From the NCBI GenBank assembly GCA_030390025.1, contig CM059432.1:118918001-118982000 (forward strand): a stretch of DNA of 64,000 bases, in the 5' to 3' direction. Positions 39,264 through 50,935 of this stretch are shown in pieces (within the stretch, counting starts at the first letter, position 1; each line of letters opens with the position of its first letter). The translations under genes were made by a program, and so were the position numbers. Under the pieces are notes generated by a model. It searched no databases and was not told where the DNA came from. It saw only the letters and a list, made by a program, of their open reading frames with translations. This stretch comes from Squalus acanthias (taxonomy: Eukaryota).

Positions 39264-40074
39264 TATATAATACATATAACAGGCCCACAGCTGTATTTTA
39301 ATACATTAGAAGGGGTCACAGTTATACTTTGGTGAATTTTATAGCATGTGAGAGTCAATGAGAAAGTGTATCTGGTGTCAACAATAATTCTGAATTATAC
39401 CAATTTCACAAAAACATTTGTCAATTTGTTCCTTAAACCTTGTGCTGTGCTCAGTTCAGTGATGGTGACTATTATTTGGGAGATATTTCCTGTCAATAGA
39501 GAATGTGTAAAATTAACTGTGCAATGAAACAACAAAGGAAAATGGTAGACAATTATGGGTTTTTACATATCAGCGGGTTTAACTCTATGTAAATCTTGGC
39601 AAGTAGAAGTGGGGTTCTGATCTGTACCCATACCCACTACTTTTACCCCTTTGCGCTAGACTATGAAAGACATCTTCAATTATTTTCTCTTCAAAATTAC
39701 TCATTGAAGTCAGAAGCAATGATCATGTTGGCTGTACTCCTAGTCTGAAAACAGATCTTTAATTTTAATCATACAGCTATGTTTTTCTTGCAATTTTTTG
39801 GTTTGATCATTGGCAATAAATAACAAACAATGAGGCTGTCAAAGTTCTCACAGTGAATAATACAGCAATGTAAGAGATTCGGGTACTGAAAAGTTATTCG
39901 AAAAAAAACCCAAATAACTGGAAAACATTCTAGTAATAATTTCTCGGTCTTTTTCCTCATGTTCCAGTATCCCAGGATGAATGTGATACAGAAATTTCCT
40001 CAGAATTGCACAGGGCATGTGCGAGTGTATCGGGGATACCTACCCATTGAGCAGCTACACTAGAAATTATATCA

Positions 40075-41170
40075 CAAAAAGAAAATACTGCAGATGCTGG
40101 AAATCTGAAATAAAAACAGAAAATGCTGGAGACACTCAGCAGGTCAGGCAGCATCTGTGAAGAGAGAAACAGAGTTAACATTTCAGGTCGATGACCTTTC
40201 GTCAGAACTGGAAAAAAGCAGGAAATGGAACAGATTTTAAAGCAAGTTTAGGGGCTGGGAAATGGGGGAGGGGATGAAAGAACAAAAGGGAAGGTCTGTG
40301 ATAGGATAAAAGGCAGGAGAATTAAAGAGACATTAAGAGATATTCAAGGCAAAAGGAGATGGTAATGGGACAGGTTAAGAAACAAAGGATGGCTCTAGAT
40401 GAAGTGTGAATTGCGCTGGCAGAATGAAAGACAGCTGCCATGTGGGAGAGAAGAACAGAAGGCACAAACAAAAAGTGTGGATAAAAAATATATATATGAT
40501 AGGGGCCGAAGTTATGATCTGAAATTGTTGAACTCTATGTTGAGTCCAGAGGGCTGTAAAGTGCCTAATCGAAAGATGAGGTGCTGTTCCTCGAGCTTAC
40601 ACTGAGCTTCAGTGGAACAATGCAAGAGGCCGAGGATGGTGCGGTCTGAGTGGGAGTGGTGTGAAGAATTAAAGTGACAAGCGACCGGAAGCTCGGGGTC
40701 CCCCTTTACGGATGCACTGTACAGCCCTCTGGACTCAACTAGAGTTCAACAATTTCAGATCATAACTTCGGCCCCTATCATATAAATATTTTGTATCCAC
40801 ACTTTTTGTTTGTGCCTTTTGTTCTTCTCTCTCACATGGCAGCTGTCTTTCATTCTGCCAGCGCAATTCACACTTCATCTAGAGCCATCCTTTGTTTCTT
40901 AACCTGTCCCATTACCATCTCCTTTTGCCTTCAATATCTCTTAATGTCTCTTTAATTCTCCTGTCTTTTATCCTATCACAGACCTTCCCTTTTGTTCTTT
41001 CATTCCCCTCCCCCATTTCCCAGCCCCTAAACTTGCTTTAAAATCTGATCCATTTCCTACTTTTTTTCAGTTCTGACGAAAGGTCATCGACCTGAAACGT
41101 TAACTCTGTTTCTCTCTTCACAGATGCTGCCTGACCTGCTGAGTGTCTCCAGCATTTTCTGTTTTTATTT
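40075..41170 (-). mobile_element. Penelope-like element 3' end with a long inverted duplication
   Basis: 40108-40560 is the reverse complement of 40719-41170. Minus strand encodes the GIY-YIG C-terminus (EEQHLIFRLGTLQPSGLNIEFNNFRS). TSD TAGAAATTATATCA (40061-74) / TAGGAATTATATCA (41171-84). Confidence 0.92.
41069..41105 (+). ncRNA. Minimal type I hammerhead ribozyme motif in PLE pLTR
   Basis: AGTT-CTGACGA-A-AGGTC-ATC-GACCT-GAAA-CG-TT-AACT, with palindromic AACGTT stem III. Confidence 0.75.
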
Positions 41171-41931
41171 TAGGAATTATATCAGTCTGATTAGATTTTG
41201 CTCACCCCTACTTCTGTCCGAGAGGTAATATGACACAGAAATCAGCAATAGGTACAGTGAATTGAAATGGCATAATGATTAAAATAGAAGAGCTTATGCA
41301 TTTAATAGAGTTGAAGAAGTATATTATTGTGCCCAACTAAAGGAAGTGATTTGTCAACAACATATCTCATGACAAATCCCATGACTTTTACAACCTATCA
41401 TGACAAACATGATATTGCCCAGAAATAGTGCAATTCTCAATCATGCTACAACTAGGGGTAATTGAGAGAGACAGCAGCGACATGGGGAGTGAAGTTGGGA
41501 GTCAGATGGACAGTGTACTGGGAGTCAGTAAAAATGTGACCAGTTTGGCAGGACAGAACAATGGAAGCCTGGACTGAAGGCAGGAGTCGGGTGAGAGAGC
41601 ATCAGGCGACAGTACTAAAGTTAGGAGGAGGTTGGGAGAGAGCATCAGGAGAGAGTACTAAAGTCAGCAGTCACATTGCAGAAAACAGCAGTACACAGTA
41701 TTAAAGTCAGGAGTCAGAAGTGAAATCAGCATGTGATAGTATTAAAGTCAGCAAAGATCAACAATCTCCTTTGTTTACTTTTAGCTGATCTTGTGGAGTT
41801 AGCAGGCTGCTTGCTCTGATGAATTGATTGCACTTCTTTGCAGACTGTGAGGGACTATAATATATGGGACAACAACAGAAAACGCTGGAAAAACTCAGCA
41901 GGCCAGGCAAATTCCGTGGAGAGAGAAACAG

Positions 41932-41967
41932 AGTTAACGTTTCAGGTCGAAACCCTTCGTCAGAACT
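41932..41967 (-). ncRNA. Minimal type I hammerhead motif with UUCG-capped stem II
   Basis: Minus strand reads AGTT-CTGACGA-A-GGGT-TTCG-ACCT-GAAA-CG-TT-AACT. The plus-strand mate at 43180-43215 has GAAA changed to AAAA. Confidence 0.7.
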
Positions 41968-42017
41968 CAGAAAAGAGCAGGAAATGAAACAGATAAGAAT
42001 GCAAGGGGGATAGGTTA

Positions 42018-42923
42018 TTGACCAACATTCACTACAAGCCCACTGACTCCCACAGCTACCTGGACTACACTTCCTCCCACCCCGCCTCCTGTAAGGACTC
42101 TATTCCCTTCTCCCAGTTTCTCCGTCTCCGCCGCATCTGCTCCGACGAAGCCACCTTCCATACCAGTGCTTCCGACATGTCTTCCTTTTTCCTCAACCGA
42201 GGATTCCCCTCTACCGTGGTCGACACGGCCCTCGACCGTGTCCGTTCTATCTCCCGCACTTCTGCCCTCACCCTGGCCCCTCCCTCCCGGAACCACGATA
42301 GAGTTCCCCTTGTCCTCACCTTTCACCCCACCAGCCTCCACATTCAACGGATCATCCTCCGCCATTTCTGCCACCTCCAATGTGATCCCACCACCAAACA
42401 TATCTTCCCCTCACCTCCCCTTTCAGCATTCAGTAGGGACCGCTCCCTCCGAGACACCCTAGTCCACTCCTCTATCACCCCCAGCACCCCTTCCCCCTCG
42501 CCCGGCACCTTCCCGTGCAAGCACAGGAGATGCAACACCTGCCCTTATACATCCACCCTTCCCACTCTCCAGGGCCCCAAACACCCCTTCCAGGTGAAAC
42601 AGCGATTTACTTGTACTTCTTGCAATCTAGCATACTGTATTCGCTGCTCACGATGTGGTCTCCTCTATGCTGGGGAGACCAAACGCAGATTGGGTGACCG
42701 CTTTGCGGAACACCTCCTTTCAGTCCGTAGGAGTGACCCCGAGCTTCCGGTCGCTTGTCATTTCAATTCACCTCTCCACGCCCACTCAGACCTCACCGTC
42801 CTCGGCCTCGTGCATTGTTCCACGGAAGCTCAGCGTAAGCTCGAGAAACAGCACCTCATCTTTCGTTTAGGCACTTTACAGCCTTCCGGACTCAATATCG
42901 AGTTCAACACTTTCAGATCATAA
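42018..42923 (+). CDS. PLE polyprotein C-terminal 301 aa: RT thumb, Cys-rich linker, GIY-YIG endonuclease (open frame, 5'-truncated)
   Basis: YKPTDSHSYL..SHP..SIPFSQFLRLRRICS; CKHRRCNTC; AYCIRCSRCGLLYAGETKRRLGDRFAEH..GLN. Confidence 0.88.
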   Translation: MTNIHYKPTDSHSYLDYTSSHPASCKDSIPFSQFLRLRRICSDEATFHTSASDMSSFFLNRGFPSTVVDTALDRVRSISRTSALTLAPPSRNHDRVPLVLTFHPTSLHIQRIILRHFCHLQCDPTTKHIFPSPPLSAFSRDRSLRDTLVHSSITPSTPSPSPGTFPCKHRRCNTCPYTSTLPTLQGPKHPFQVKQRFTCTSCNLAYCIRCSRCGLLYAGETKRRLGDRFAEHLLSVRRSDPELPVACHFNSPLHAHSDLTVLGLVHCSTEAQRKLEKQHLIFRLGTLQPSGLNIEFNTFRS

Positions 42924-43383
42924 CCACGGCCCCTACCACATATATATACATTTTATCCACCCTTTTGGTTTGTGCCTTTTTCCTTTTTTCTCTCTCTCCC
43001 CCTACGGCAGCTGTCTCTCATTCTGCCAGCATTTCACACTTCACCTTTTGTTTCTTAACCTGTCCCATTACCATCTCGTCTTGCCTTGAGCATCTCTTAA
43101 TGTCTCTACTTACCATAGTTATTCCTCCCCCCAGCCTCCCCCTTGCATTTTTATCTGTTTCATTTCCTGCTCTTTTCTCAGTTCTGACGAAGGGTTTCGA
43201 CCTAAAACGTTAACTCTGTTTCTCTCTCCACGGATGTTGCCTGGCCTGCTGAGTTTTTCCAGCGTTTTCTGTTGTTGTTTCAATTTTCCAGCATCCACAG
43301 TATTTTGCTATTACAGTATATGGGAGCCTGAGTAGAACGACAGCTGTCACTTCCCCCTCTTCAACTCCACTTTCAGAGATTAT

Positions 43384-44216
43384 GGGCTGGATTTTGTCAA
43401 TGGGGACGTGATGGAGGCGGGACTCCCACTTTTTGGGTTGTAGTCCCGCCTCCATCGACTTGTGGCCAACCCACTGTATTTTCCCTTGATTGACCTTGTT
43501 AAGCCCGCCCAGCGGGCTTAGCAGGCCAATCAAGGGTCCCTTGGATACAGGTGACGTCAGCCATTGAAATTTCATCTGTCAAGAGCTGTTGACAGATGAA
43601 ATTTCAGCGTTTGACAGCTCTGTGAAGCTGTCAAACACTGACAATATGATTTCTAACTTGAGTCCCTGTACTTAGACTGAGTTAGAAATCAATCCAGCAC
43701 AGAAAGCAGAGACTGCAGCTTTTGACAGCTCCGCGGCCATTCTGCTTTCTGTGCCGGTGAGCTGAGGGACTCCCGAGAACTGAAGGAAGGAAGCCTGCAG
43801 GACAAAGTTAAGGTAAGTACAAGTTCTTGAAACACTTTACACACACCAAACACACTTACCTCTGCACTCATGCACCCATCACTCACTTGCACACCGGATA
43901 TCTCGACCCCTCCAAGCCCTCCAGACCGACGGTCTGCCTCGCTAAATCAGCGTGGTTCGGACCTGTCGGGAAGCCCACACTTCAGGGCTAAAAATAGGGA
44001 TTAGGCAAAAAACTGCCTGTTAACAGGCAGTTTATTGGCACTAATCCCCTTCCCGCCTCGGGGAGGCGGGTCCCAGCACAGGTCGGGGACCCGCCTCCTG
44101 TGAAACTGGCATGGAGGCGGGTTGGGGGCGGGATGTGTTCGGGACCCCTGAATCTGCTATTTTCCCACCACTCCCGCCTCCAAACCCGCCTCCACAGACC
44201 GGTGAAAATTGAGCCC
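43384..44216. mobile_element. Harbinger-type MITE (833 bp)
   Basis: TIR GGGCTGGATTTT / AAAATTGAGCCC, TAT TSD. Confidence 0.82.
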
Positions 44217-44465
44217 TATGAGTTTCCCAGTTTTACCCACAACTCGCCTGTGAGATTTGGAAAAATTTCGCATACAATCCACTCGTCGTACTCATGCTGA
44301 AATATCTTTACAAACACCACAGTGTTTGGCATAGAGATTTTTCTTTCATTTTGTTTCTAAATGACAGAAGTATGTAAAGCGAAAGTATTTCTTTACCTCT
44401 ATCTTGGTGAACAGCAATCTTTTGCATTTTATTAAATAATGCTGGAGCGGCAAGCAGAAGAAAAT

Positions 44466-45775
44466 ACAACAACAACAACTTGTATTTATATAACACCTTT
44501 AATGTAGTGAAACGTCCCAAGGTGCATCACAGGAGTGTCAAAAACAAAATTTGACAGCGAGCCACATAAGGAGATATTAGGGCAGATGACCAAAAGCTTG
44601 GTCAAAAAGGTAGGTTTGAAAGAGCGTCTTAAAAGAGGAAAGAGAGGTAGCGAGGTGGAGAGGTTTAGGGAGGGAATTCCAGAGCTTAGGGCCTAGGCAA
44701 CAGAAGGCACGGCCACCGATGGTGGCGCGATTAAAATCGGCGAGGCGCAAGAGGGCAGAATTAGAGGAGCGCAGATATCTCAGGGGGGTTGTGGGGTTGG
44801 AGGAGGTTACAGAGATAGGGAGGGGGCGAGGCCATGGAGGGATTTGAAAACAAAGATGAGAATTTTGAAATCGAGGCGTTGCTTAACCGGGAGCCAATAT
44901 AGGTCAGTGAGCACAGGGGTGATGGGTGAACGGGACTTGGTGCGAGTTAGGACACGGGCAGCTGAGTTTTGGTTGACCTCAAGTTTACATAGGGTAAAAC
45001 GTGGGAGGCCAACCAGGAGTGCGTTGGAATAGTCAAGTCTAGAGGTAACAAAGGCATGGATGAGGGTTTCAGCAGCGGATGAGCTGAGGCAGGGGCGGAG
45101 ACAGGCGATGTTACGGAGGTGGAAATAGGCGGTCTTAGTTATGCTGCGGATATGTGGTTGGAAGCTCATTTCAGGGTCAAATATGACACCAAGGTTGCGA
45201 ACAGTCTGGTTCAGCGTCAGACAGATGTTAGGGAGAGGGATGGAGTCAGTGGCTAGGGAAAGGAGTTTGTGGCGGGGACCGAAGACAATGGCTTCGGTCT
45301 TCCAAATATTTAATTGGAGGACATTACTGCTCATCCAGAACTGGATGTCGGATAAGCAGTCTAGATATTTAGATACCATGGGGGGGTCGAGAGAAGTGGT
45401 GGTGCAGTAGAGCTGGATGTCATCAGCGTACATGTGGAAACTGATACTGTGTTTTCGGATGATGTCGCCAGGGGGCAACTTGTAGATGAGAAATAGGAGG
45501 GGATCAAGGATAGATCCTTGGAGGACACCAGAGGTAACGGTGCAGGAACGAGAAGAGAAGCCATTGCAGGTGATTCTCTGGCTACGATTAAATAGATAAG
45601 AATGGAACCAGGCGAGCGCAGTCCCACCCAGCTGGACGACGGTGGAGAGGCGTTGGAGGAGGATGGAGTGGTCAACCGTGTCAAAGGCCGCAGACAGGTC
45701 GAGAAGGACGAGGAGGGATAGTTTACCTTTGTCACAGTCACATAGGGTGTCATTTGTGACTTTGATAAGACCCAT
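44466..45775 (-). mobile_element. L2 LINE RT-3' fragment with a long open frame
   Basis: LLDLSAAFDTVDH..GVLQGSILDP..HMYADDIQLY..SRLDYSNALL; tail reads (AAC)n on the + strand. Confidence 0.93.
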
Positions 45776-46602
45776 TTCAATACTGTGTAATAAACATTTA
45801 ACATCTGAACAACGAATACGAATGCTGTGCACAATACATTGCATTTGATCTTTTGGACATGAAATACGCTCCATACCATTGCAGGGTTTTTGTACCTAAT
45901 GGGCAGTAGGCTCACAGTATGCCAACTTAAGAATCACGCCACAGAATGATATGCCCCTTGCCAGTCATCAGGTGCATACTTCACTCACTAACCTATATTT
46001 TTCTTCTATTATGTCGTATATCAACTATAAGGAGGCAGGTGATTGGGTGGTTCGGTTGCTAAGCATACAGCCCTTTTACATTTTGGATCTGAGCGATGGT
46101 AATCTTAATTTAGTTTCTTAGCTGGCAGTAGTTCATATTGAAAAAAACCTGCCCCTAAATCAACACTAAGTCCATTAAATTGTTAACTCACTTACAGGTG
46201 ACACGAGTATGACTGGTACTACAAACAGAAAACTATCATTGGTGCATTTGGGAGTCCATTTTAAAGTTGGGGTGAAGGCACACTGTTGCAGCTGATTAAA
46301 AGCTGCTATACTTGACTCCATAGACCTCAGTGCTGGAAGTTAATGTGATAAGTGGAAAAGTATTCAGTCCCTGAGAGTAGACACCTATGATTTTGCTGAA
46401 TGGGGAAAAATATCGCTAGGAAAAGTAATGAATTTAAAAAAAAGTTTGGAATTTGTTATTGAGAGAAGACACTTCATTGAGTGGATGATACTTGTTTTAC
46501 ATGATCTTAGGCCTTTAATCATAACTACATATTAAAGAATATTACACGGTAGAGTAACTTTAACTTTGAGTATCGATGTGCAAAGGTTCTACCAAAGTCA
46601 TT

Positions 46603-47361
46603 GGACAGAATTTTCTCAAGGGAGGCAGGTTGGGGGTGGAGGGCCGCTGATGCGGGCTTTAACGGCAGGGCCTGATTTGAATGCGAGGCCTCGGATTCCC
46701 GCCCGCAGCCAGCCAGATTGAGAGGCTGGGCATTGGGGGCAGGTGGAGCGGGGTCAGCAATCTGTTGGGGATCGGGGTGGGAGGAGAGGATTGGTCGGGC
46801 TCGGGGATCAGGAGGGAGGGACAGCATCGGCAGGAGTCGGGGATTGGGGGGTGTGGGGTGGGGGGAGTGCATCAGCAGGTGTCGGGGATCGCGGGGTGGG
46901 GGGTCGGCTGCGGATCGCAGGGGGGGAGAGAGGATCGTGGCCGGCCTCATCATCATCGCTCGGGGGGGGTGGGAGGCCTGGGTGTGGGTGGGGGGGAAGC
47001 CTGGGAAGGCGATCTGAGGCCTCGTGGGGGGTTCTCCGATCGTGGGCAGTGGGTATGGTCGGGACCCTGGATCCAGGAGGTAGGTACAAAGGCACTTACC
47101 TCCTGGATGCAGCAGTCCACGCCTCGGTTTAACTGCCGGGTTTCACGAATTGTGTGAAACCCGTCCACAGGCAGTTAAACACAAAATAGACGGGGAAAAG
47201 AGGCTTCCAGCCTCATTACAGTATTTAAATTGAGGTAGCCTCCGGCAAAACTGGAAGTGCGCGGGTTGGAGGCGGGATCAGGTCGGGAATCCCATTTTTA
47301 ACACTTTAACTGCCCCCCATGCTCCAAACCCACCCGGCTTTTTTAGGGGAAAATTCCGGCC
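46603..47361. mobile_element. Harbinger-type MITE (759 bp) with G-rich interior
   Basis: TIR GGACAGAATTTT / AAAATTCCGGCC, ATT TSD. Confidence 0.8.
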
Positions 47362-47777
47362 ATTATTTGTCTTGTAATTATTTGTTGTTTCCGAGACTGG
47401 AATGGTGAAACATGATATTCCTATGTTAAGCCTTGTTTCCCAGCATTTAAAATGTAGGGTGAGGATTACTGGGCGCCGAGGTTAGCTCAGAAGCAGAATG
47501 TTCATCACCCAGCACTGGAAATAACACAGTGCTGGTAGCCTGAATTGGTGAGCAGCGCAATGTGGTCATTTGTTTTTAAAAAAAGTGTTTCAACTTTGTG
47601 AATTTTCACTCATTAAGATATTTAGAGGATTTCATTGTAAGTTTGCAAAGACAAGGAAGGAATTTTTTTTGTGGTTTAAAATTGAGCTTTGTCAGAAGTT
47701 GCTCAACAGTAGTGTGATCAGAGCACCATCTTGTGGTTCTACATTTTAATACAAGCCTGTGGTTCGAGGAATATATT

Positions 47778-50700
47778 GGCCTAGAAATTGAGCCGCACAG
47801 TACCCGTTTTTCAGGTGCTACACGACCACCCAAGGACCCAAAATGGCGACCAAGATTCACGCGCACCCCCTGCATAACGTGCACAGCGCACCATCTTGGT
47901 GTACAGGAAGGTGTGCTCGCAAGAGTATGAGACGCAGTACAACGCTGTATCCATGAAAAACACTTACATCTCCTTCCCTATGGACAAAGCAAAGCAGGAC
48001 GAGAGAGCATGAGGTTTTGTATGCATTGCAGGCTTCCCCATGGTGCAAGGTGCCATTGACTGCACGCACAGTGCCTTGCGCGCTCCTTATCACAATCCTG
48101 GAATATTCGTCAATCGAAAGGGATTCTATTCCCTCGACATGCAACTGGTTTGCGACCACAGGCAGTGTATCCTGCAGCTCTGTGCCCGCTATCCGGCAGC
48201 AGTCATGAATCCTTCATTCTGCGCCAGTCCTCTGTGTCCCCTTTATTCCAACCAGGCCTCCAAGTTAAAGGCTGGCTATTGGGTCACGGGTTATCCCCTC
48301 CAGACATGGCTCACGACTTCAGTTAGGAACCCGGGCACAGCTGTACCGCAAGCCTACAACAAGAGCCATGCAGCCATAGGAACGTCATTGAGCAAGCAAT
48401 CGGCATCCTCAAACAACGCTTCTGCTGCTTGGTCCATTCAGGAGGAGCCCTGGACTACACCGCTGAGCGGGTATCCAGATTTGTGGTCATCTGCCACATG
48501 CTCCACAATCTCGCCACCAATAAATTGAGGAGGACGAATAGGAAGAGGAGGAGTGGAGGAGGAAGAGGAGGAAAGGCTGCATACCAAGTGAGTCCCTGTC
48601 TGCCCGAGCTCTAAGAGATTGTGGAGCAGCTCCACTAACCACAACTCCAAGTACCCATTCACCAGCAGACCCACACTCCTTACCATTCTTTTTACAATCA
48701 CCATCAATCACCATTGTCTTCTTTACTCAACACTTATTATTATTGCCTTCACTTGATTGCAAACAAATCCAAAACCAAATCCAACACCAAATTTATCAAA
48801 CCAATAATCTCACACTTTACACAAAATTTAACTAATCGCCCTTGTGCATTCCCTTAGTGCCTGTCTTCCGTGTGCCTTTGCCTCTCCTAGTGCTCCTGCG
48901 AGGTGCTTCCTCAGTGGCTGCAGCATGGCTGGTGGAAGGCTGCTGACCTTTAATTGAGGAGACTGCAGATGGCTTTGGAGGATGACCTCGAGCAATTCTG
49001 GGCCTGAAGAGCCCGGCTTCAGACTGCACCATCTCGGCCTGGGCTGGCTGGCTGACTAGCAACAGCAAGGGCACTGGCCGAGTGGCAGGAATGGGAGCAG
49101 GAATGCTGTCATCCTGACAGAAAACAACAGGTTCCTCCCCATGGAGCTAAGGCCACTCTCCTGGGGTGACGCCTCAGCACTCCTCGTGCTCAGTTAGAGA
49201 ATAGAGTGCTGGAGCGATGTGACTCCCTGGAAGCCCCTTTCAACAGTGGCATCCAGAGCCAAGATGGCAGCAGTCTTAGATTCCATGGCAACATTTTGTG
49301 CTGCGATAGAAGCTGTCAGATTCGCCATGAGGTGACCCATCATGGTGGGCTCCACTGTGTTGCTGATGGAGCTGACCACCTGTTTCACATTGGAAAAACT
49401 GGTCTCCATACTCTACGCAAAGCCTTGCGCCAAGTTGGAGGAGGACTCCTTCATACTCTGCGACATTGTGTGTAAGTTCTCCGCAGGCTGCCCAGTGCAC
49501 CAAGGATTTCACGGTGTATGCGCAGTCGCCTTCTTCAGTAGCCTGGCCATTTAAAGATCGCACCTGAGTCCTTTGCAGCAGAACTAGTGTCTGACCTCAC
49601 CTTCTGATCGAGCTGTCACTTGTGGCATCCTGTCTCCACATTCTGACTCCTGTGCACTTGTGCCTGGTGAGTCACCATGTGCAGATCCCTCCTTTAACCT
49701 TATCTTTAAGGTCTGTGTAGTGTCAGTGTCTATGCTGGTTGCTGTGAGAGTGAGATCAAATGTCAGTGCATCTTCATGATCATTCTGGTCCTCTTCCTCC
49801 ACTGGCTGCAGGACTTCTACATTCTGAGGAGCTGAAATGAGAAAGGGTCAAGGGTTAGTGGTGTTGTGGGGAGAGCAGGAAATATGAAGTGTGTGTTGGA
49901 AGCATCTGCAGCTTGTCTTGCAGAGTGTGTGGGGTGAAGGAGAAGTCAAAAGAGAGAGAGAGGATCAGGTATAAAGAACCCTGCTCTGCACATCCTCCAG
50001 CATCGCCAGTGGCCAAGGCCTCCACTCTGCCCCTTCCCATCACTGCCAGCTCCATCTCTTCAATGTGGGACATGGTGTATCGTCGCGCTGGTCCCCCACC
50101 AGTGGCAGCTTGCTGCCTAGTGTCCTTCAACTGCTAGAAAGAGGGAAGTGTGTTAGTGAGAGTCTTGTGAGATGATTGGGTAATGTGGCTGTCATGGTTG
50201 AATAGCTGCCAATGTGTGTGTGTGAGATGTGAGTTGTGGGTGTGATGTTTGTCATAGTGCTGAGTGTGCGAGGATGAGGTGAAAAATATTAATTGAAGTG
50301 TCCTGTACTGATTTTAGCAGATTGCAAGTTAGTAGGGGAGGGGCGTACTGTGAATTCAGCAGTTAATGAAGCTGTGCTCCAGCTGTTATGTGATGCCATT
50401 TGAAGATTGTTCCGACCTTGACAACCCTTGTCAGAGCATTCAACTTCTTCAAGCACTTCATCCATGGTTTAGGACCATGCTCCTCACATTCACCTCGACT
50501 GCAACCTGCTCCCAGTGCCAGCGCATGAGATGCCTGGAGGGCTTCCTGCCCCCAGGGGGATAAAGGATGTCCCTCCTCCTGGCCTCTTCCTGCACCAAGG
50601 CCTCCAGTGCAACATCTGAGAACCTTGGTGCCTGTTCTCTCAGCTTCAACCATTTGAGCTCACAAACAATTTCCAATGACTGTTGCAGGCACAATGCACC

Positions 50701-50935
50701 TCCCCTTTAAGAGGTCCTGGCTGCTTTTCAGTCTCATCCTGGACTCCTGATAGCGGGCCCGCTCCTCATGCGTGCAGCCAATGATCAGTGCAGGTAGTGC
50801 TGGCTGCATGCCGCAATCATTTTAATGAGCAGGTAGCATGGATTCTACATGCATCATGTATGGCTATTAACAGGTGCCGGTTAACCACGCACCACGATCA
50901 TGTGCCCAGTCTCCTGCGCAAATCAATTTCAGCCC
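47778..50935. mobile_element. Decayed two-gene PIF/Harbinger transposon: DDE transposase remnant (+, ~48015-48530) convergent with Myb/SANT-like gene remnant (-, ~49100-50660)
   Basis: IAGFPMVQGAIDCTH..NRKGFYSLDMQLVCDH..ARYP..GYPL on +; APRFSDVALEALVQE..ILYP..WEQVAVEVN..WMKCLKKLNAL on -. TIR-like GGCCTAGAAATTGA / TCAATTTCAGCCC. TSD not clean. Confidence 0.85.

Larger units (their letters stand above)
41870..43311 (+). mobile_element. 5'-truncated Penelope-like element (Neptune-type architecture) with inverted 5' pLTR segment
   Basis: 41870-42012 is inverted relative to about 43138-43279. TSD TATAATATATGGGA (41856-69) / TACAGTATATGGGA (43312-25). Confidence 0.92.

Noticed and set aside
44807..45874. 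355-aa RT ORF as a domesticated gene
   Set aside because: 5'-truncated L2 copy with its normal tail; the N-terminal ~35 codons come from flanking DNA.
46040..46350. Possible ancient tRNA-derived SINE (LF-SINE-like head)
   Set aside because: Similarity is too weak to support by eye; needs an nhmmer/Dfam search.
46525..47168. Pro/Gly-rich overlapping ORFs
   Set aside because: Low-complexity G-rich MITE interior that lacks stops for compositional reasons.
48015..48530. Host HARBI1 gene
   Set aside because: Frameshifted, N-terminally deleted, and inside TIR-bounded sequence with a convergent Myb-like remnant: a transposon fossil.
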